Notes under the pieces: model-generated
Databases searched by the model: none
Told to the model about the DNA's origin: nothing
Seen by the model: the letters and a program-made list of their open reading frames with translations, nothing else
Assembly: GCA_964276515.1 (NCBI GenBank)
Contig: OZ193909.1
Span: 7,936,001 to 8,000,000 of the forward strand
Source: Gordius albopunctatus
Lineage: Eukaryota
Direction of reading: 5' to 3'
DNA length: 64,000 bases
Position numbers and translations under genes: made by a program
Shown: positions 59,524 through 64,000 of the stretch, in pieces
Numbering within the stretch: position 1 is the stretch's first letter
How the letters are laid out: each line of letters starts with the position of its first letter

Positions 59524-60777
59524 CCGTATTCGCGCGAATAAATAATAGAAAGGTCCGCGAAAGAAAAATTATCCACTGTGTATTAAAGTACAATGATCTT
59601 GTTAATGAACGCTTTACTTGCCAGCGCAGCTGGCATTAGCTCGCTTTTAAAAAGCGAGGGGATGAGAGAGGATATGGGGGAGGAAGACGCGAATAGGAAG
59701 ATGCGCATTGGTGCGCCTGCGCATAGGAGACTGCGCGTAAGTGGCTGCGCATGCGCAACTACAACCCCAACTTCCTTTGACCCGAGTGTTGACTCTTTCT
59801 TAGCGCGGTCGTTTTACCTGAGTTTCTGACCGCTTACGTTTTTCACTTGTTCCTTGTTCGGGCATACGTATCGAATTGCATTGAACGCTTCTTGGATCTA
59901 TTTGATTTCATTCACTAAAATTTGATCTAACTTCCCCATCGAGCTTGCTACGGGGGGGGGGTGGGGGTTTTGTTGTAAGGTAACGTCATATCGATGGCTA
60001 ACGATTTACCACGTGTATTTGCGCGTCGTTGGGTTCAGGATACTCTACCCAATTTTCGTTTACGCCAACCAAAGAAATTTCTATGTTTTCCCCGACTAGA
60101 GCAAGACAGAAACATCCTCGCCACCATAAGTCGTCCAGGTCACGACTCAATAAAAGCTGCAAGCCTCTCGACCAAAAGATTACCTTATTTCCGTTAAATA
60201 TAGGTGACGTCGCTATACCACACATCAGCTAGCGGCGCCGACACAGGCACCAGCGACATCACTATGTGTAAAAAATTGTCACAGGCGTATCTCGCATAAA
60301 ATGCAACTCCGCCTACCATAATTACCTAGGAGCTATGAACTCCATTACAGTGACCTTGGACCTGACTACGATGGTATTACCTCTCATCAAATTACGTTCG
60401 ACGTTCCGGTAACTAACCAAATATGTTAATAAACTATGCGCAATCGGCAAAAATATTTGCCACCCAGGAAACTCTTCGTCATCAAACCTATAAAGGTGAT
60501 ACGGCATATAGCCAAAAAATAGGTCATTACGGGCATTAAGCCTCCGAAAATAAATTCGCATCTGGGTTAAACGTGCGCGATGCAATACTAAGTTTAGTAC
60601 CCGAAACCTCGTCGTACTGTACCGGCAGAAATCTTTCAGGCTTGACCCTACCGTCCCTATGCACCGGCATTACCCTTCAGCACATATTGACCACACTGCC
60701 CTTTACAGACAATATTCATGCATAACGTTAAATACCACCGCGTCATCGCACTGTCTGATAATAAACCAACTCAAAAA

Positions 60778-63705
60778 TCATCATAGTTTCAAATAAAAGG
60801 TTAAACAGAAAGCTAGGGCATCCTCTACAAACGACGCGCTGTTCATATCCCGGTTAAAAAATTTATTTGCGGATAGATGGATAAAATGCTGGAATCCGGC
60901 ACGTTGACAGGGAAGAGAATCGAAGTTGTACAAATGTTAAAATGAAGAAATGACACATTGCCTGCCTACAAGAGACCAGGTGAACGGAACCAAAGCTCGG
61001 AATTTAGGAGAAGGTTACAAGTTATTTAACAATGGGTCACCAAATTGTAGAAACGGGGTGGTGGCGGCTTAAACGAATCGTTTAAGAATAAAGTGGTAGA
61101 AGTTAAGCGTTGTTGAGACAGGCTAATGTTGGCGAAGATTGCTGATCAAAGAGGCCTCCTAACTGGTATGTGCGCATATGCTTCCCAAATTGGATCTATG
61201 GAATCAGAGAAAAACATATTCTTCGGTTCATTGGAAAAGGAAATACAAAACGGCAGGAAGAAAAGCTAATTATTCGGGCGGATATCAACCCCCAGGTAGG
61301 GAAAGATCGCCTCAAGTATGAACGAAATCATGAAGGTTATGAGCATCGCCTGAAGAGCAAGGGGAAAACTTCTCCATATATTCCAAGCATAGGACATGGC
61401 GATGGTTAACACTTATTTAACGCGAAGATCATATTGTGGCTTAAAGAAGTGGGAAGCATTTTAATAAAATAGACTATCTGCTCACACGGCGAAAGGATTT
61501 ATGGAGGATCAACGATTGCAAAGTATTATTAGGTGAAGAAATCGCTAGGCAACATCTTCCACTTGTGATGGATTTTGAATGAAAAGTATTTCCCGAAAGA
61601 AGCTGGGTTTATGAACCTCAAATTCGAGACGAAACCCTAAAGGATACGTCAATGAACGATAAATATAATCAAAAAGCTTCATCACTCTTGGGTGCAAGGA
61701 AGTTGCAAAGAGACGTAGATGACGATTGGGAGATGCTAAATAAGGGCATAAAAGAAACAGCGATTCGGATACTAGGCACTACCAATGGAGGCAAATCTCT
61801 GAATAGGGAACTATGGTGGTTGGATCAATCGTTTGATCTTAAGAAAGAAAAATCTATATAGACGGTTGCATAAATCGAAAAACTCAAAGGATTATCAAGA
61901 GTATTAGGAGGCAAAGAGAGCCGCGAGGCCGTTGCAATACCAAAGAATGCCGCGTACACCGAGATGGCAGTGGATCATAAAGGGGGCGACAGGCTTATGT
62001 ACAAATCGGCCAAGATAAGGGAAAAGAAAAGTCACTAAGTCGGAGTCCTTAAAATAGTAAATAACGAGAAGGGTCAGACATTATTCAAGCAGAAGAAAGT
62101 GGTGGAAAGGGGATTTCAAGGAACTTATGAATTTGCAAATGACAAAGATTTCTTTCCTGCTATTGAGACAAACATACAGCGTTTCTCTATTTGTTTGAAC
62201 ATCTTGACTCCCCTCCCCCACACTAGTAGGAGAGAAAAGAGTGATCAATCAAAACTTTTAAAAATGAACGCTCTTTCCCTCTCCTTCATTCGCGTGCAAC
62301 TTACTCCCTCCCTGACCATTTACATGCCTTCGCTACTCTTACATTAATATGCCGCGTACACCGAGATGGCAGTGGATCATAAAGGGGGCGACAGGCTTAT
62401 GTACAAATCGGCCAAGATAAGGGAAAAGAAAAGTCACTAAGTCGGAGTCCTTAAAATAGTAAATAACGAGAAGGGTCAGACATTATTCAAGCCGAAGAAA
62501 GTGGTGGAAAGGGGATTTCAAGGAACTTATGAATTTGCAAATGACAAAGATTTCTTTCCTGCTATTGAGACAAACATACAGCGTTTCTCTATTTGTTTGA
62601 ACATCTTGACTCCCCTCCCCCACACTAGTAGGAGAGAAAAGAGTGATCAATCAAAACTTTTAAAAATGAACGCTCTTTCACTCTCCTTCATTCGCGTGCA
62701 ACTTACTCCCTCCCTGACCATTTACATGCCTTCGCTACTCTTACATTAATGTTTACTTATTGAAAGGATCAAAATGAGGTGGAAATATCGGCTAACCAAT
62801 TCGGATTTGTGGCCGGCGAATCCACAAGCGACTCAATCTTGACACTAAAACAAATAATAGATTAGTATAGTGAAAAAAGAGACAAACATATGGTTTTATC
62901 GACTTGGAGATGACAGTCCCTCGCCATTTAATATGATGGTGCTTAAGATAACAAAATATACCTGGTACGTCTCACAAAAAATATTTATGCAGCCTCAAAC
63001 TCTTAGTTTACAATGCCAGTTGAGGACTCTAAACCTTATCGGGTTGAAATTGAATTACATCAAGGATCTGCTCTAAGTCATCTTTTATTCAATATAATTA
63101 TGGATACGATAACCAGAGACATTCAAAAGCCATCTCCTTAGTATGCTATATGCAGATGATATGGTACTATGCGAAGAGACAAAGATGAAAGTATTCGAAG
63201 AAGTCAAAATGGTAAAAGCTTAGCTCGATATGACTTAAAGGTCAATAATTGGAAAACAGTATACAGATGAACCTTACAGGCAGCTTATAGTTTTATGATC
63301 ATTCAAAGTACCAAAAAGTAGACAGTTTACTCGGCTCGATGCTATATCAAGAGGGAGGTTACGCAAAGAAGTGAATGAACGGATCCAAAAATGGTGGCTT
63401 AGATGGCGAATTATATCCGGTGTCATGTGCAACAAGAAAATTGCATATGGTTGAAGGACAAAGCTTAAAAATCCATCGTAAGACTAAGAAAATGGGCTAA
63501 GGTGGTATGGTCATATACTAAGAAGGGAGATGAATGATGTTAATCGTAAAATATTTGACATGGATGACCCGGGGAAAAGAGGAAGAGGACGACCTCGTAT
63601 CACATGTAAAAGTCAAGTAGACAAAGTTTAAAAAGATATATCTAAACATAGAGCTTGCGATAAATTTATCGAAACAAACGGGACCTAATACATGATAAAG
63701 AAGTA
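60778..63705 (+). mobile_element. Degenerate third copy of the RTE LINE family
   Basis: Colinear with 32320-35310, with many indels and stops, ending in a GATAAAGAAG tail. Confidence 0.92.
61947..62750 (+). repeat. 402-bp near-identical tandem duplication within the degenerate RTE
   Basis: ORFs 62099-62347 and 62501-62749 give identical peptides; units begin ATGCCGCGTACACC at 61947 and 62349. Confidence 0.93.
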
Positions 63706-64000
63706 TGAAGATTTGAATAAGGCTTAGGAAAAAACAACTTTTACAATCAACTCCCCCTCATTCTGTCTCTCTTTGAATTTTCTTGGGAGACCTACATTTT
63801 TAGGTGTGCTGTACCAACACTATTATATAAAATAAAATGTTGAAATATTTTTAAATCTTACATTTAAATAAATTACTAATTTTTGAACATCTATCATTAA
63901 GACTTTTTATTATAAATTAAATATTTTTTCACATATTTCTTTCAATTTATATTCATTTAATTTTGAAGTACAATGCATATTATGCGATATCAAAGAGTCA

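Noticed and set aside
60322..60585. Specific viral or Polinton protein assignment
   Set aside because: No motif I can recognise with confidence; reported only as an unexplained island.

Overview
AT-rich eukaryotic (animal-like) genomic DNA, roughly two-thirds transposon-derived. Four intron-containing host genes were reconstructed by hand: transformer-2 (tra2, +), a CPPED1-type calcineurin-like phosphoesterase (+), PRC1/MAP65/Ase1 (+) and CDC5L (-); PRC1 and CDC5L converge tail-to-tail. Many host introns are very short (34-44 nt, most often 37 nt) with degenerate donors, while the larger introns often contain transposon insertions. The repeats include three copies of one RTE LINE family, a CRE/NeSL-like restriction-endonuclease LINE, several Gypsy LTR elements (one non-autonomous gag-protease element; one family with atypical termini and no polypurine tract), a solo LTR, many hAT/P/Harbinger MITEs with target-site duplications, a Helitron, DINE-1/Helentron-like elements and a tRNA-derived SINE, often nested 3-4 deep. 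The most interesting candidates are (1) an AGAA-rich, stop-containing putative poison exon in the last intron of tra2, suggesting Tra2 autoregulation at an unusual position, (2) the micro-intron system, also seen in a transposase remnant, (3) the atypical Gypsy family, and (4) a CDC5L exon fragment copied antisense into the last PRC1 intron. No CRISPR, rRNA or bona fide tRNA was found. All calls come from reading the sequence; no searches were run.
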